Notes: generated by a model not told the origin, from the letters alone. A stretch of 64,000 nucleotides of DNA from Polyangiales bacterium (GCA_038231275.1 JBBRLQ010000006.1:160001-224000), one strand, 5' to 3'; positions 9,553 to 19,855 are shown, counted from the first letter of the stretch. Program-made: numbers and translations.

Positions 9553-10251
9553 ATGACCGTCGGGCAAGCAGTAATCGCCCCGAACAAGATCTACCGTACG
9601 GCGCGCGCGATCGGACTGATCGCGCTCGCCGGTACGGCGGTCGTCGGGCTCTTGCATACGAAGGCCGGGAAACCCCTCCTCGCAAAAATGGGGGGGTGTC
9701 CTGCCGGCTTCGCTACGCGTGATGACATGGACCACGTGCGAAAGTACGCGGCCACGTTGACGCCTCCCACGGGAGGCCAAGCTCCGGCGCGACCGGCGCT
9801 CGGGTTCGTGCTCGACGCGACCACCGAGGACGAGTTCGCGGCCTGGACCAAGAAGAACAAGCTCAATTGCGAGGACAACTCGCGGCTCGGGCAGGTGACC
9901 TGCACCGGAGTTCCGTCGCCCGTCGTCGGTGAGCCCGACGCGTCGCCGATCGACGATCTCACCGTCGAGTTCAACCCGGCGCACAAGATCGTAAACATCC
10001 TCATCCTTCGCCACGGCCTCGTGAGCAGCGGTGCGGTCTCGATGTTCGACGCCCGCGTCGCGCAGCTCGAGAAGGAGCTCGGTCGCGCCCCGAACCGTCT
10101 GGTGCCCACGGGCCCTGCGTACTTCGACGAGGCGCCGATGACCTCCGCGGTGGTCGAGTTCAAGTACAAGGACTACCAGTGCGAGATCTCCGCGACGACG
10201 ATGATGGACAAGACCGTCACGATGCGGGAGCACTACTACTCCACGCTTTGA
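9553..10251 (+). CDS. Hypothetical exported or membrane-anchored protein
   Basis: N-terminal hydrophobic segment, 4 Cys, strong GC3 bias; starts just after the globin gene. Confidence 0.7.
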   Translation: MTVGQAVIAPNKIYRTARAIGLIALAGTAVVGLLHTKAGKPLLAKMGGCPAGFATRDDMDHVRKYAATLTPPTGGQAPARPALGFVLDATTEDEFAAWTKKNKLNCEDNSRLGQVTCTGVPSPVVGEPDASPIDDLTVEFNPAHKIVNILILRHGLVSSGAVSMFDARVAQLEKELGRAPNRLVPTGPAYFDEAPMTSAVVEFKYKDYQCEISATTMMDKTVTMREHYYSTL

Positions 10252-10297
10252 CCTGAATTGTGCTCAACCCCGCGGCGCGGCGACCGTTTTACGTCGT

Positions 10298-12103
10298 GTG
10301 GTGCAGGGGAGCGACGACGAGCTGGTGGGGCGAACGATCGCCGGCAAGTACGAGCTTCGTACGTGCGTGGGCAGCGGTGCGATGGGCGCGGTCTACCTCG
10401 CACACCAGCTCGCGCTCGACAAGCCGATCGCGCTGAAGATCCTGCGCCGTGATCTCGAGGACGACGCGGTCTTCGCGGCGCGCTTCTACGTCGAGGCAAA
10501 GGCGGCGTCGAAGCTCGACCACCCGAACTCGACGCACGTGCTCGACTTCGGACGTGAGCCGGACGGGTTGATGTACATCGCCATGGAGTACCTCGAGGGG
10601 CGGGCGCTCTTCGATGTCCTCAAGGACGAGTGGCCGATCGCGCCGGCGCGCGCCGTCGACATCATGATGCAGGCGCTCGCGGCGATCGCGGTCGCGCACG
10701 ACATCGGCGTGCTCCATCGGGATCTGAAGCCCGAGAACATCATGATCCTGCCGAACGTGAACGACGAAGGACGCCTCTGCGATCTCGTGAAGGTCTGCGA
10801 CTTCGGCATCGCGAAGCTGAGCGGCGCGCCACCTGCCCTCACGCCCGCCGCGGGCATGCCGAAGATCGCGGGCGGAGGCACGGGGCGTCGCCTCACCGAA
10901 ATCGGATCCATCATGGGGACGCCGGCGTACATGTCGCCCGAGCAAGCGAAGGGCGAGACGGTCGACGCACGCAGCGATCTCTATTCGCTCGGCGTCATCC
11001 TCTACGAGCTCCTGACCGGGCAGACGCCGTTCGAAGACGAGATCCCCGCCAAGCTCGCGTACAAGCACGTCACCGAGACGCCGCGGTCGCCGTCGGACCT
11101 GGACCCGAGCATCGCGCGTGAGCTCGCCGCGGTGTGCCTGAGGGCGCTCGAGAAGGATCCGCGGGATCGCTTCGTCAACGCGCGAGACATGCGGTCGGAG
11201 CTGCGGGCGGCGCTCGCGAGCGCGCAGAAGCGCACGAGCAGCGCCGAGTTCACGATGACCAGCGCCTCGCTCGGAGCGCCGACACGCGCGACGGGCTCGA
11301 GCGCGCCGACGATGTCCATCTCCCCGGCGGTCAGCGCGCCGATCGCGTCGCCGATGCGTCGCGCGGCGCGATGGCTCGCGGGACCGGTCGCCGTGGCCGT
11401 CTTCGCGCTGCTTGGCGCGTCTGCGCTCCCAAAGACTCCGCCACGCGCGGTCCCGGTCCCCATCGCGAGGGCAACCCCGACGCAAGTGGCCGAGGTAGTG
11501 CACGCCCTCGCCGCGCCGTCACCGGTCGCCTCTCCGCCAAACACGCCGGTCACGACCCCCATCGCCGCCGCGACGACGTCGAAGCCGACGAAAGCACGCC
11601 CCGCCGCAACGGCGATCCTCGCGGCCCGTGTCGACCCCGACGTCACGACCGCCACTCCGACGCCGACGCCGACCCCGACCCTGACCCCGAACCCGACTCC
11701 GACTCCGACTCCGACTCCGACTCTGACTCCGACCCCGACTCCGACTCCGATCCCGACTCCGGTTCGTGCTCTCCCCGCGTTCGATCCCTCGCACGCACGC
11801 GTGGCGATCGCTGGCGTCTCCACCGAGCGGCTCAGCCCGAGGGACGTGAGCGCGCTCCTCGCGCGGGCGGATCTCAAGCGGTGTTACGTCGCGTCCGTCG
11901 CGCGTGGCGAGCCCGAGGCCCCCGGCGCAGTGACGCTCACGCTCGACGCCGACGATTTTCGCGTGGAGCGCGCTCGAGCAAGCGGGGCCGCGAGCTCGCC
12001 GTCCCTACGGAGTTGTGTCGAGCAGGCCCTCCTCGGAGGGCGAGTCCCCAGCGCCGACACGGGCAACGCGTCGGCACGGATCGACTTGCAGTTCAGCCCG
12101 TGA
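10298..12103 (+). CDS. Ser/Thr protein kinase with TM helix, Pro-Thr linker and TonB-C/AgmX-like C-terminal domain
   Basis: GSGAMG, HRDLKPEN, DFG, GTPAYMSPE; TM helix; (PT)n; LKRCY...LRSCVEQAL. Confidence 0.9.
   Translation: MVQGSDDELVGRTIAGKYELRTCVGSGAMGAVYLAHQLALDKPIALKILRRDLEDDAVFAARFYVEAKAASKLDHPNSTHVLDFGREPDGLMYIAMEYLEGRALFDVLKDEWPIAPARAVDIMMQALAAIAVAHDIGVLHRDLKPENIMILPNVNDEGRLCDLVKVCDFGIAKLSGAPPALTPAAGMPKIAGGGTGRRLTEIGSIMGTPAYMSPEQAKGETVDARSDLYSLGVILYELLTGQTPFEDEIPAKLAYKHVTETPRSPSDLDPSIARELAAVCLRALEKDPRDRFVNARDMRSELRAALASAQKRTSSAEFTMTSASLGAPTRATGSSAPTMSISPAVSAPIASPMRRAARWLAGPVAVAVFALLGASALPKTPPRAVPVPIARATPTQVAEVVHALAAPSPVASPPNTPVTTPIAAATTSKPTKARPAATAILAARVDPDVTTATPTPTPTPTLTPNPTPTPTPTPTLTPTPTPTPIPTPVRALPAFDPSHARVAIAGVSTERLSPRDVSALLARADLKRCYVASVARGEPEAPGAVTLTLDADDFRVERARASGAASSPSLRSCVEQALLGGRVPSADTGNASARIDLQFSP
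11652..11760 (+). repeat. (CCGACT)n hexamer array encoding Pro-Thr
   Basis: About 18 CCGACN units within the kinase CDS. Confidence 0.9.
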
Positions 12104-12134
12104 AGGCGAACCGCGAGAACGGGAAAGCGCGGCG

Positions 12135-12395
12135 CTACGCGGCGTGGCGGCGGCGGAGCTGCACACGCATCAGATCGAAGCTCGGAGCGTCGAGGCCTCG
12201 CGCGCGGCGGAGCAAGAAGAGGGCGTGATGGATCTCCATCTCGTCCGGAATGCTCGTCGAGCCCTCCATGCGGATTCGATCACGCGCGAGGTTGTCCGCG
12301 GCGGTGAGCTCGTCACCCTCCGCAGCGTCGAGGTAGGCGAGCGCCTCCTCGAGTGAAACCGTCGCCAAGCTCCTGAGCACGGGATATCTCGCCAT
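12135..12395 (-). CDS. Small hypothetical protein (UBA-like helical); may extend upstream in frame to 12881
   Basis: GAGG RBS before ATG 12395; SLEEALAYLDAAEGDELTAA; frame is open to 12881. Confidence 0.6.
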   Translation of the reverse strand: MARYPVLRSLATVSLEEALAYLDAAEGDELTAADNLARDRIRMEGSTSIPDEMEIHHALFLLRRARGLDAPSFDLMRVQLRRRHAA

Positions 12396-12631
12396 CCAGT
12401 CACCTCGCTCGTGAGTCACGAAACAGGATGAAATCTTCGCTGCAACAAGTCGTCCAGACGCCCCATCGAGGGCGACGCCCTTCGTCGGCGTGGCCAGGTT
12501 GACGACGCGCTCCTGCGCGCGCGAGCGCAGCCCCAGCGCGAGCGGGCGCAATTTCTGGAAGAGCGCCTCCACGTAGTAGTCGAGCTGCACGACGGGCGCC
12601 GCCGCCAGGACCGCGGGGCGACCGACATGAA

Positions 12632-12771
12632 GCCTGACGAGCCCCGTCAATCGGCTGACGCGGGCGGCGCGCAAGAGCTCGGCGCCGCAGAGGCGAAGCG
12701 GGGACTGCGTTCGAGCACGGGTGCGGGTCGGCAACCCCGTCAACAATCGCCGGTTGATGAACTTGGGAGGC
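12632..12771 (+). ncRNA. Candidate structured RNA (long irregular hairpin), class unknown
   Basis: Nested pairings GCCT/AGGC, TCAATCGGC/GCCGGTTGA, TGACG/CGTCA, GCTCG/CGAGC, CGCAG/CTGCG; G-U wobbles work on the + strand. Confidence 0.25.
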
Positions 12772-13043
12772 CCGAGGGGTACTGCGCGGCCTCTTGCCGC
12801 TCCCTCCACGCTGCGTCGCCCACCCTTTGCTGCGCCCCGTTCACTCTCGGCTTCCGCCATTACCCCTCGCCGCTTCTTCAAATTTGCGGGAAATTTGGCG
12901 AACTCGAAGATTATCCGACACTTTCCTCGAGCTTCACTTCGATAAACGTAGCGCGCAAGGGACAGCGCTCCAACTTTTTTGTTGCGGATAGGTGGGACAG
13001 GACCGCACGTGCATGCGCGCGAGCACGGCTATAGTGCGAGGTC

Positions 13044-13670
13044 TTGAAGGCGCGCGCGAAGCGAACGGGGAGCCCGAAGCGAGCGGGACCGGACAAAGAG
13101 GCCACGCGGGACGCGTTGATCGCCGCGGGGATGGAGCTATTCGCGAGGGACGGCCTCGACGGCCCCAGCCTCGACGACATCTGCGCGCACGCCGGCTTCA
13201 CGCGCGGCGCGTTCTACGTGCACTTCGAGGACCGCGACGATTTCCTGGTCGCGGTGATGGATCGCGTCGGCACGAGGATCGTGGACGAGCTCTTGGTCGC
13301 GGGCGGCGCCGACGGGATCCTCGGCGCGGCGCAGCGTTTCATCGAGGCGAGCGCGTCGGGGAAGTACCCGCTCATGCCGGCGGGCGGGATCCGGCCGCAT
13401 CAGCTCCTCGACGCGTGCGCGCGCTCACGCCCACTCCGCGAACGCTACCTCGGCCTCGTGGACATGAGCACGGCGCGCGTCCGCGAGCTCCTCGCGCAGG
13501 GTCAGAAGGACGGCCTCGTGCGCGAAGATCTCTCGTCGGAGAACGCGGCGATGATGGTGATGGCCGCGGTCGTCGGCGTGCAGACGCTCGCCGATCTCGG
13601 CGTCCCGATCTCGCTCGGCACTCTGGCCGCCGACGTGCTGCGCCTGCTCGCGCCGCCGCTCAAAGCCTGA
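13044..13670 (+). CDS. TetR/AcrR family transcriptional regulator
   Basis: TRDALIAAGMELFARDG...SLDDICAHAGFTRGAFYVHFEDRDD HTH. Confidence 0.93.
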   Translation: MKARAKRTGSPKRAGPDKEATRDALIAAGMELFARDGLDGPSLDDICAHAGFTRGAFYVHFEDRDDFLVAVMDRVGTRIVDELLVAGGADGILGAAQRFIEASASGKYPLMPAGGIRPHQLLDACARSRPLRERYLGLVDMSTARVRELLAQGQKDGLVREDLSSENAAMMVMAAVVGVQTLADLGVPISLGTLAADVLRLLAPPLKA

Positions 13671-13724
13671 AGGACGAAAGCGGCTCGCTCAGGAGGCGTT
13701 TCGCTCCGCTGCGCTTCGCTCCAC

Positions 13725-15356
13725 TCAGGGAGGCGCGGTCTCGAGCCATCGCAGCATCGCGCTGCCGGCGTGCTGCGCGTAGTCGATGCGGAGCTGCCAG
13801 TCGACCTCGCTGCCCGGCATCGCTCCGGCCACCGCCTGCGGATCGGCGAAGAGGTGCGCGGCGCCCGGACGAAGCTGCTGACGAACCAGGAGCGCGAGCG
13901 AGCTGCGGAGCTGGCGATCGAGCGCGGCGAGCTCCGCCTCCGAGCCGTGCGCGAGGGCCAGCGCGTGCCGTGTCGCGACGCCGGCCTCGCACCGACTCGC
14001 GACCGGCGTGAGGCGCGGCGTGACGATCGGCCCGACGCCGAAGGCCCCCGCCGCGTCGAACGGCGTCTCGCCCGGCCCGTACTGCATCCGTCGCCCGTAG
14101 GCGTGCCAGCGAACGCAGAAGTCGAGCGCCGACGGATCGGGCGCGCGCTCCCATAGATCGTCCATGACCTGACAAGTCCAGTGCTCTTCGCCGAAGTAGT
14201 AGCGCGACCCGAAGAAGCTCCACGCCGGGCCGACGAGGTACGAGAGCGCGCGCGACGACGCCGTGAGATCCGCCGCGTCGTGCGTGACGAGGTGCGCGCG
14301 CGACAAGGCGAGCGCTGCTTCGCCGGAAAAATAGAGGTATTGCACGTCGACCGCGTGGCGCGCGCTGCGGTCGTAAAGGTGACGCAGCTCGCCGTCGGGG
14401 CGCTGCTGCGAGCGGAGGAAACGCGCAAGCTCGGCGACGTTCTGCGAGAACGACGGGTCGAGTCCGGTCCGCACCAGCTCGACGAACGCGATGAGGGCGA
14501 GCGACGCGGAGCCGATTTCGACCTGATCGTCGTCGCCCACGCAGCGCTCGTCGCCGCACGTTACCATCGCCTTGTCGCGCAGGAGCCACGCCGCGCGGAG
14601 GGCCGCGATGCCGAGCTCCGGCTCACCCGACGCGTGCGCGGCCTGCGTGAGGAAGTACGTCGCGCCGGCGTGGCGAGGCCAATCGTAGCCGCCGAGGTCC
14701 TTGTTCTTCGGCGCGTCGACGAAGTAACGGAAGTGTCCGTCGACGTTCTGGCCGCGCGCCAGATAGCGTGCCGCCGCGATCGCCGCCTCCTTGACCATCG
14801 CCGGCGTGAGCGCGTCCGCCGTGACGCCTTCGTGCGGCGGCGGCTCCGCATCCACGATGCGCTCGGTCCGGATTCGTGTCAGCTCTGCTCGCGCGCGCAG
14901 CTCGGGGACCGACGCCCCGAGGCGCTCGGCGAGGAGCCCGATCACGTCGTCGACGCGCACGCCGACGGTGAGCCCCAAATCGGCGATCGACGCGCCATGG
15001 TCGTACGACTGGCGCGCGAGCAGATCGTCCGGCGTCACGTAGGCGGTGCGACCGTCGAGCGTCGCGCGAACGCCATCGCGGCCCGGGACCAGCGAAATCG
15101 CGAACGCGATGTCCGGCGCGGAGAGGATGGACCCTTCGCGCACGATCGTCTCGCGAACGACGGTGCCCGCGGTCGCGAGCGGCAACGGGTCGGGCGTGGC
15201 CGAGCGCGCGACGAGGACACCGTCCTTCCACACGCTCGTGATCGTGACCTCCGATGCCGGCGGTCGTCCACGCGCGCTCGCGTGGACGAGCACGCATGCG
15301 ACCGCAAGGAAGGCCGTGTAGACGGTGAGGACGATCGCGAGCGCGCGCGGTGTCAT
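13725..15356 (-). CDS. Exported protein with probable alpha/alpha-toroid C-terminal domain
   Basis: N-terminal TM/signal; YLARGQNVDGHFRY, YDWPRHAG, FLRSQQRPDG, YFSGEAALAL, RIDYAQHA. Confidence 0.7.
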   Translation of the reverse strand: MTPRALAIVLTVYTAFLAVACVLVHASARGRPPASEVTITSVWKDGVLVARSATPDPLPLATAGTVVRETIVREGSILSAPDIAFAISLVPGRDGVRATLDGRTAYVTPDDLLARQSYDHGASIADLGLTVGVRVDDVIGLLAERLGASVPELRARAELTRIRTERIVDAEPPPHEGVTADALTPAMVKEAAIAAARYLARGQNVDGHFRYFVDAPKNKDLGGYDWPRHAGATYFLTQAAHASGEPELGIAALRAAWLLRDKAMVTCGDERCVGDDDQVEIGSASLALIAFVELVRTGLDPSFSQNVAELARFLRSQQRPDGELRHLYDRSARHAVDVQYLYFSGEAALALSRAHLVTHDAADLTASSRALSYLVGPAWSFFGSRYYFGEEHWTCQVMDDLWERAPDPSALDFCVRWHAYGRRMQYGPGETPFDAAGAFGVGPIVTPRLTPVASRCEAGVATRHALALAHGSEAELAALDRQLRSSLALLVRQQLRPGAAHLFADPQAVAGAMPGSEVDWQLRIDYAQHAGSAMLRWLETAPP

Positions 15357-15769
15357 GGTCGGCCAGGCCGACCTGCGCGCCCCGGCCACCCCAGCCAGAG
15401 GAGCTGCGTCGCGGGCAGCGCGACGAGGTAGGGCAGCCCCAGCGCGGCGACGAGGACGAGGATGACCGCGCCGCCCTTTCCTACCGGGCCATAGATGCCG
15501 GCGAGGTAGCTCGCGGTGATCGCGAGCGTGGCGACGAGCGCGAGGCCCAGCGCGAGGACGATCACCGAGGTCGCACGCGCGACGCGCGGCGCCCAAGCCC
15601 GGCCGAGCATGAGCCCAACCCCCGAGACGGTGAGCAGGAGGATGACCACCGCGGCGCACCCATCGATCGCCCCCGCGCGCGCAGGCAACCCGCGGAACAC
15701 GCCGATCGCGACGAGACACGCCGCCACCAGGTCCAAAAACCCGAACGCGAGACGACCCCGGACGCTCAT
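15353..15769 (-). CDS. Small 4-TM membrane protein
   Basis: Four hydrophobic segments; stop overlaps the next start (ATGA). Confidence 0.7.
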   Translation of the reverse strand: MSVRGRLAFGFLDLVAACLVAIGVFRGLPARAGAIDGCAAVVILLLTVSGVGLMLGRAWAPRVARATSVIVLALGLALVATLAITASYLAGIYGPVGKGGAVILVLVAALGLPYLVALPATQLLWLGWPGRAGRPGRP

Positions 15770-15866
15770 GGGACGGGACGGTACCTCTTTCACGGCGTCT
15801 TTCCCACCGCGAGACAGGCGGCGGGCTCCACTCTCGCGACGAGACGAAGTAGCCTCGGATCGCGTC

Positions 15867-16778
15867 ATGAACATTCTCCGAACGCCCGATGAATCCTTCC
15901 GCGCGCTGCCTGACTATCCGTTCGCGCCGTCGTATTCAGAGGTCGGTGACGGCCTGCGCGTCCATTACGTCGACGAGGGCCCCCGTGGCGGCACGCCGAT
16001 CGTCATGCTGCACGGTGAGCCCTCGTGGAGCTTTCTCTACCGCAAGATGATCCCGCCGTTTGCGCGCGCGGGATTTCGCGCGCTGGCGCCCGACCTCGTC
16101 GGCTTCGGCAAGTCCGACAAGCCGTCCGATCCTTCGGACTACACGTATGCGCGCCACGTCGGATGGATCAGCGCTTGGCTGCGCGCCCTCGACGTCAAGA
16201 ACGCGGTGCTCGTCTGCCAGGATTGGGGATCCTTGATCGGACTGCGCCTCGCCGCCGAGACGGATCACTTCGCACGCGTCGTCGTCGCCAACGGGTTCTT
16301 GCCGACGGCGAACCAGAGCGTCCCCCTCGCCTTTCGGGCCTGGCGCGCCTTCGCGGCGTATTCGCCGGTGTTCCCGATCGGACGCATCGTCGCCGCCGGA
16401 TGCGTCGGCAAGCTCGCGCCCGAGATCGTCGCCGCTTACGACGCCCCGTTTCCGACGCGCGCCCACAAGGCCGGGGCACGCGCGTTTCCGCTCCTCGTTC
16501 CCACGACGGAGAGCGATCCAGCCACTGCCGCAAATCGCGCGGCGTGGGCAACGCTGGGCCGTTGGGAGAAACCGCTGCTCACGCTCTTCGGAAAGAACGA
16601 TCCCATTCTCGGCCGAGCCGACGCGCCGCTGCAGAAGCAAATCCCCGGCGCGAAGGGACAACCACACGAGCGCTTTTGGGGAGGGCACTTCGTGCAGGAG
16701 GATCGCGGGGACTACCTCGCCGAACGGATCCTGAAGTGGCTCGAGACCGGCGCACCTGGGGAAGCCCCGCACGCGTGA
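15867..16778 (+). CDS. Haloalkane dehalogenase (alpha/beta hydrolase)
   Basis: [40 protein letters not shown] nucleophile, GHFVQED. Confidence 0.93.
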   Translation: MNILRTPDESFRALPDYPFAPSYSEVGDGLRVHYVDEGPRGGTPIVMLHGEPSWSFLYRKMIPPFARAGFRALAPDLVGFGKSDKPSDPSDYTYARHVGWISAWLRALDVKNAVLVCQDWGSLIGLRLAAETDHFARVVVANGFLPTANQSVPLAFRAWRAFAAYSPVFPIGRIVAAGCVGKLAPEIVAAYDAPFPTRAHKAGARAFPLLVPTTESDPATAANRAAWATLGRWEKPLLTLFGKNDPILGRADAPLQKQIPGAKGQPHERFWGGHFVQEDRGDYLAERILKWLETGAPGEAPHA

Positions 16779-16818
16779 AGCGAGGCGACGCGACGTGGAG
16801 CGCCACGTTCTACCCGTC

Positions 16819-18279
16819 TCAGAATTGCCCGTAAATGAACGGGGCGCGCGTGCTCGCAGCCGCGTTGAGGGCGAGCGCCGCGAGGGCGAGGAGCACGCCC
16901 TGCACGAGGGACGGCGAACGCGCGAACGCGCCCTTCACGCGATCGATCCACGCGTCGGGTACCCAATGGGTGACGGCGCCGAGTGCCATCACCGCGCCGA
17001 TTTGCCAGGTCAGGTGCGGCACGCCTCCGGTGACCTCGCCGATGCGGAGGAGCACCAGCCTGGCGTGCCCGAGCGTCGGCGCGCGGAAGAAGATCCATGC
17101 AAAGCACACATAGTGGAACGTGAAGAACGTCGCCACGACGCGCCCGACCCCGCGCGGCTTCCCTTCCCCGAAGCGGCGCTGCCACACGCGCGTGACGCCG
17201 AGCGCCGCGCCGTGGAGAAATCCCCAGATGACGAAATTCCACGACGCGCCGTGCCACAGGCCGCCGAGCACCATCGTGATCATGAGGTTCCGGTACGTGG
17301 ACAGCGGCCCGCCGCGCGAGCCGCCGAGCGGGATGTACAGGTAGTCGCGCAGCCACGACGACAGCGAGATGTGCCACCGCCGCCAGAAGTCCTGGAGGTT
17401 CACGGCGGTGTACGGCGCGTCGAAGTTCGGCGGGAGCTTGTAGCCGAAGAGGAGCGAGCTCCCGAGCGCCACGTCGGTGTAGCCGCTGAAGTCCGCGTAG
17501 ATCTGGATGGCGTACGCGTACACGCCAATGACGACCTCGAGCGAGGTGAAGCGCTCGGGGTTGCCGAAGACGCGGCCGACGAAGGCGACCGTGAGGTAGT
17601 CGCCGATGATCATCTTCTTCGCGAGTCCCTGCGCGATGAGGAAGAGGCCCCTGCCTTGCTCGCCGTCGTCCCGCGTCGGCGTCGCCGCGAGCTGCGGCAA
17701 CATCATGCGCGGACGAACGATCGGGCCGGCGACGAGGTGCGGGAAGAAACAGACGAAGAGGAGGTAGTCGAGGTACCGGTCGCTCGCCTTGATCTCGCGA
17801 CGGTAGACGTCGATCGTGTAGCTCATCGTCTCGAACGTGAAGAACGAGATGCCGAAGGGCAGCACCAATCGCAGGTGACTCGGCTTCACGCCGACGCCGA
17901 GCGCGTGCGCGACCTCCGCGAACGAGTCGACCGCGAAGTTCCAGTATTTGAACACGGCGAGGACGCCCAGGTAGTAGACGATCGACGCGAGGAGCAGCGC
18001 CTTCCGGGCGTGCGGGTTCTCGGTGCGTTCGAGCTTCCTGCCGATCCAGAAGTCGAGCGAGCTGCCGACGAAGATGATCGACAAACAGAGGAGAGCCCAC
18101 GACCACGGCCCCAGCGGCGCGCCGTGCTCCTTCGCCTCCTCCCACGTGCCGTAGTAGTAAAATCCGTAGCTGATCGTGACGAGGAAGAGGACGCGCGCGA
18201 GCCGGCTCTTGTGGACGAGCCAGAAAATCGCGAACGCGAGGACGAGGAAGACCCCGTAGAGGGGACTGTTGAAGAGCAT
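16819..18279 (-). CDS. MBOAT O-acyltransferase (AlgI/PatA/DltB family)
   Basis: MLFNS, LPFGISFFTF, FFPHLVAGPIVR, QIYADFSGYTD, FWRRWHISLSSWLRDYLYIPLGG, GLWHGASWNF. Confidence 0.95.
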   Translation of the reverse strand: MLFNSPLYGVFLVLAFAIFWLVHKSRLARVLFLVTISYGFYYYGTWEEAKEHGAPLGPWSWALLCLSIIFVGSSLDFWIGRKLERTENPHARKALLLASIVYYLGVLAVFKYWNFAVDSFAEVAHALGVGVKPSHLRLVLPFGISFFTFETMSYTIDVYRREIKASDRYLDYLLFVCFFPHLVAGPIVRPRMMLPQLAATPTRDDGEQGRGLFLIAQGLAKKMIIGDYLTVAFVGRVFGNPERFTSLEVVIGVYAYAIQIYADFSGYTDVALGSSLLFGYKLPPNFDAPYTAVNLQDFWRRWHISLSSWLRDYLYIPLGGSRGGPLSTYRNLMITMVLGGLWHGASWNFVIWGFLHGAALGVTRVWQRRFGEGKPRGVGRVVATFFTFHYVCFAWIFFRAPTLGHARLVLLRIGEVTGGVPHLTWQIGAVMALGAVTHWVPDAWIDRVKGAFARSPSLVQGVLLALAALALNAAASTRAPFIYGQF

Positions 18280-18286
18280 CCGTCTG

Positions 18287-18333
18287 CGACCCCGACTCCG
18301 ACTCCGACTCCGACGCCGACGCCGACTCCGACT
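18287..18333. repeat. Intergenic (CCGACT)n array
   Basis: About 8 units between the divergent MBOAT and SGNH genes. Confidence 0.85.
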
Positions 18334-18371
18334 GACGTACCACGAAATCCCGCGTACGATACCCACGTCGT

Positions 18372-19808
18372 ATGCATCCGCTGTTCGGCAAGACCAGCCG
18401 CGCGCTCGTGGTCATGGGCCTCCTCCTCGCGCTCCCCTACGCGTCGCCGAAGCTCCGTAAATTCCGGATCGCGCCGCTCGCTTCGGACCGCGCCGCCGAA
18501 GCGAGCGCCGTCCCCACCGCCGACGCGCTCGCGGTCGGGGAGGCGACGCTCTCCGCCTCCAAGAACGAGGCCACGATCACCAACGCTCTCCCCGAGACGA
18601 CCAAGCCGATCGAGGTCGACCCGTCCGTCCTCGCCAAGGCCGCCGGCTCGCTCGCCCTCGAGGACGAGACGGGGCACGCGATGGATGCATTTTACACGCA
18701 CCTCGCCGCGACGATCCGCAAGGATCCAGGCGCGATCACGCGCGTCCTGCACTACGGCGACTCGCTCATCACCAGCGACTTCATCAGCGGCACGATGCGC
18801 CGCAAGATGCAGGGCGCGTTCGGCGACGCCGGGCACGGGTTCATCCTCATCGCCAACGCGTGGGACTGGTACTTCCACAACGACGTGGCGCACTCGGCGA
18901 GCGAAGGGTGGTCGATGAGCCGCATCACCGGGCCGCTCAACGGCGACGGGATGTACGGCCTCGGCGGCGTCTCGTTCCGCGCGAGCGGCCCTGCGTCCGC
19001 CACGTTCGCGACGAAGGACGCCGCGAAGGGCGCCGAGTTCGGCACCAAGGCGTCACGCTTCGATCTCTACTACCTCGAGCAGCCAGGCGGCGGCGGCGTG
19101 GGGCTCTACGCGAAGGGGCTCGCGCCGGAGACGCTGTCGACGCAAGGTCCGAAGAAGGTGTCGCGGGTCCATTCGATCGCGGTCCCCGACGGCCCGGCGC
19201 AGCTCACGATCAAAGCGTGGGGCGAGGGCGCGCGCCTGTTCGGCGTCGCGATGGAGCGCGACGTACCCGGTGTCGTCTACGACGCGCTCGGGGCGAACGG
19301 CGCGCGCGTGAAGCTCCTCGAGGCGATGAACGCCGATCACTGGACCGAGCAGATGCAGCTGCGAAAGCCCGCGCTCGTGATCCTCCAGTATGGAACGAAC
19401 GAGACGGCGTGGGGCTTCGACGAGAGCTACGAGAAAGTGCTGACCGGAATCGTGCAGCGCGTGAAGGCGGCGGCGCCCGACGCGTCGATCTTGATCCTGG
19501 CGCCGCTCGATCGCGCCGAGAAGGTCGCCGGCGGCATGAAGACGATGCCGGTCATCCCAAAGCTCGTGGCCGCGCAGAAGAACGTCGCGCGCGACGAGAA
19601 AGTCGCGTTCTGGAACACGTACGAGGCGATGGGCGGCGAGGGCGCGATGGGAAAGTGGGTGAAGGCGAACCCGCAGCTCGCCGGATGGGATCTCACCCAC
19701 CCGACGCCCGAAGGGGCAGAGCTCATCGGCGGCATGCTCTACGCGGCGATCGTCGCGGGATACCAGGCGTACGCGAGCACGCACCCCGACGCGCCGAAGG
19801 TGCCGTAG
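18372..19808 (+). CDS. SGNH/GDSL protein (PatB/Ape1-like O-acetyltransferase or esterase)
   Basis: YGDSL, GANGA, QYGTNE, DLTHPT; N-terminal anchor. Confidence 0.85.
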   Translation: MHPLFGKTSRALVVMGLLLALPYASPKLRKFRIAPLASDRAAEASAVPTADALAVGEATLSASKNEATITNALPETTKPIEVDPSVLAKAAGSLALEDETGHAMDAFYTHLAATIRKDPGAITRVLHYGDSLITSDFISGTMRRKMQGAFGDAGHGFILIANAWDWYFHNDVAHSASEGWSMSRITGPLNGDGMYGLGGVSFRASGPASATFATKDAAKGAEFGTKASRFDLYYLEQPGGGGVGLYAKGLAPETLSTQGPKKVSRVHSIAVPDGPAQLTIKAWGEGARLFGVAMERDVPGVVYDALGANGARVKLLEAMNADHWTEQMQLRKPALVILQYGTNETAWGFDESYEKVLTGIVQRVKAAAPDASILILAPLDRAEKVAGGMKTMPVIPKLVAAQKNVARDEKVAFWNTYEAMGGEGAMGKWVKANPQLAGWDLTHPTPEGAELIGGMLYAAIVAGYQAYASTHPDAPKVP

Positions 19809-19855
19809 TTTTTCCCTGGCAACGGGCGGCAGAACCGGCGCATCGCACCCGGGCC

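Noticed and set aside
12690-12760. Riboswitch, SRP or tmRNA identity for the hairpin region
   Set aside because: Only isolated words (GGCAACC, CAAGAG) match; conserved cores of SAM, c-di-GMP, c-di-AMP, SRP and tmRNA are absent
13673-13724. CGCTCCGCTGCGCTTCGCTCC REP-like element between convergent genes
   Set aside because: Only one copy seen in the window; cannot support a repeat family or a terminator
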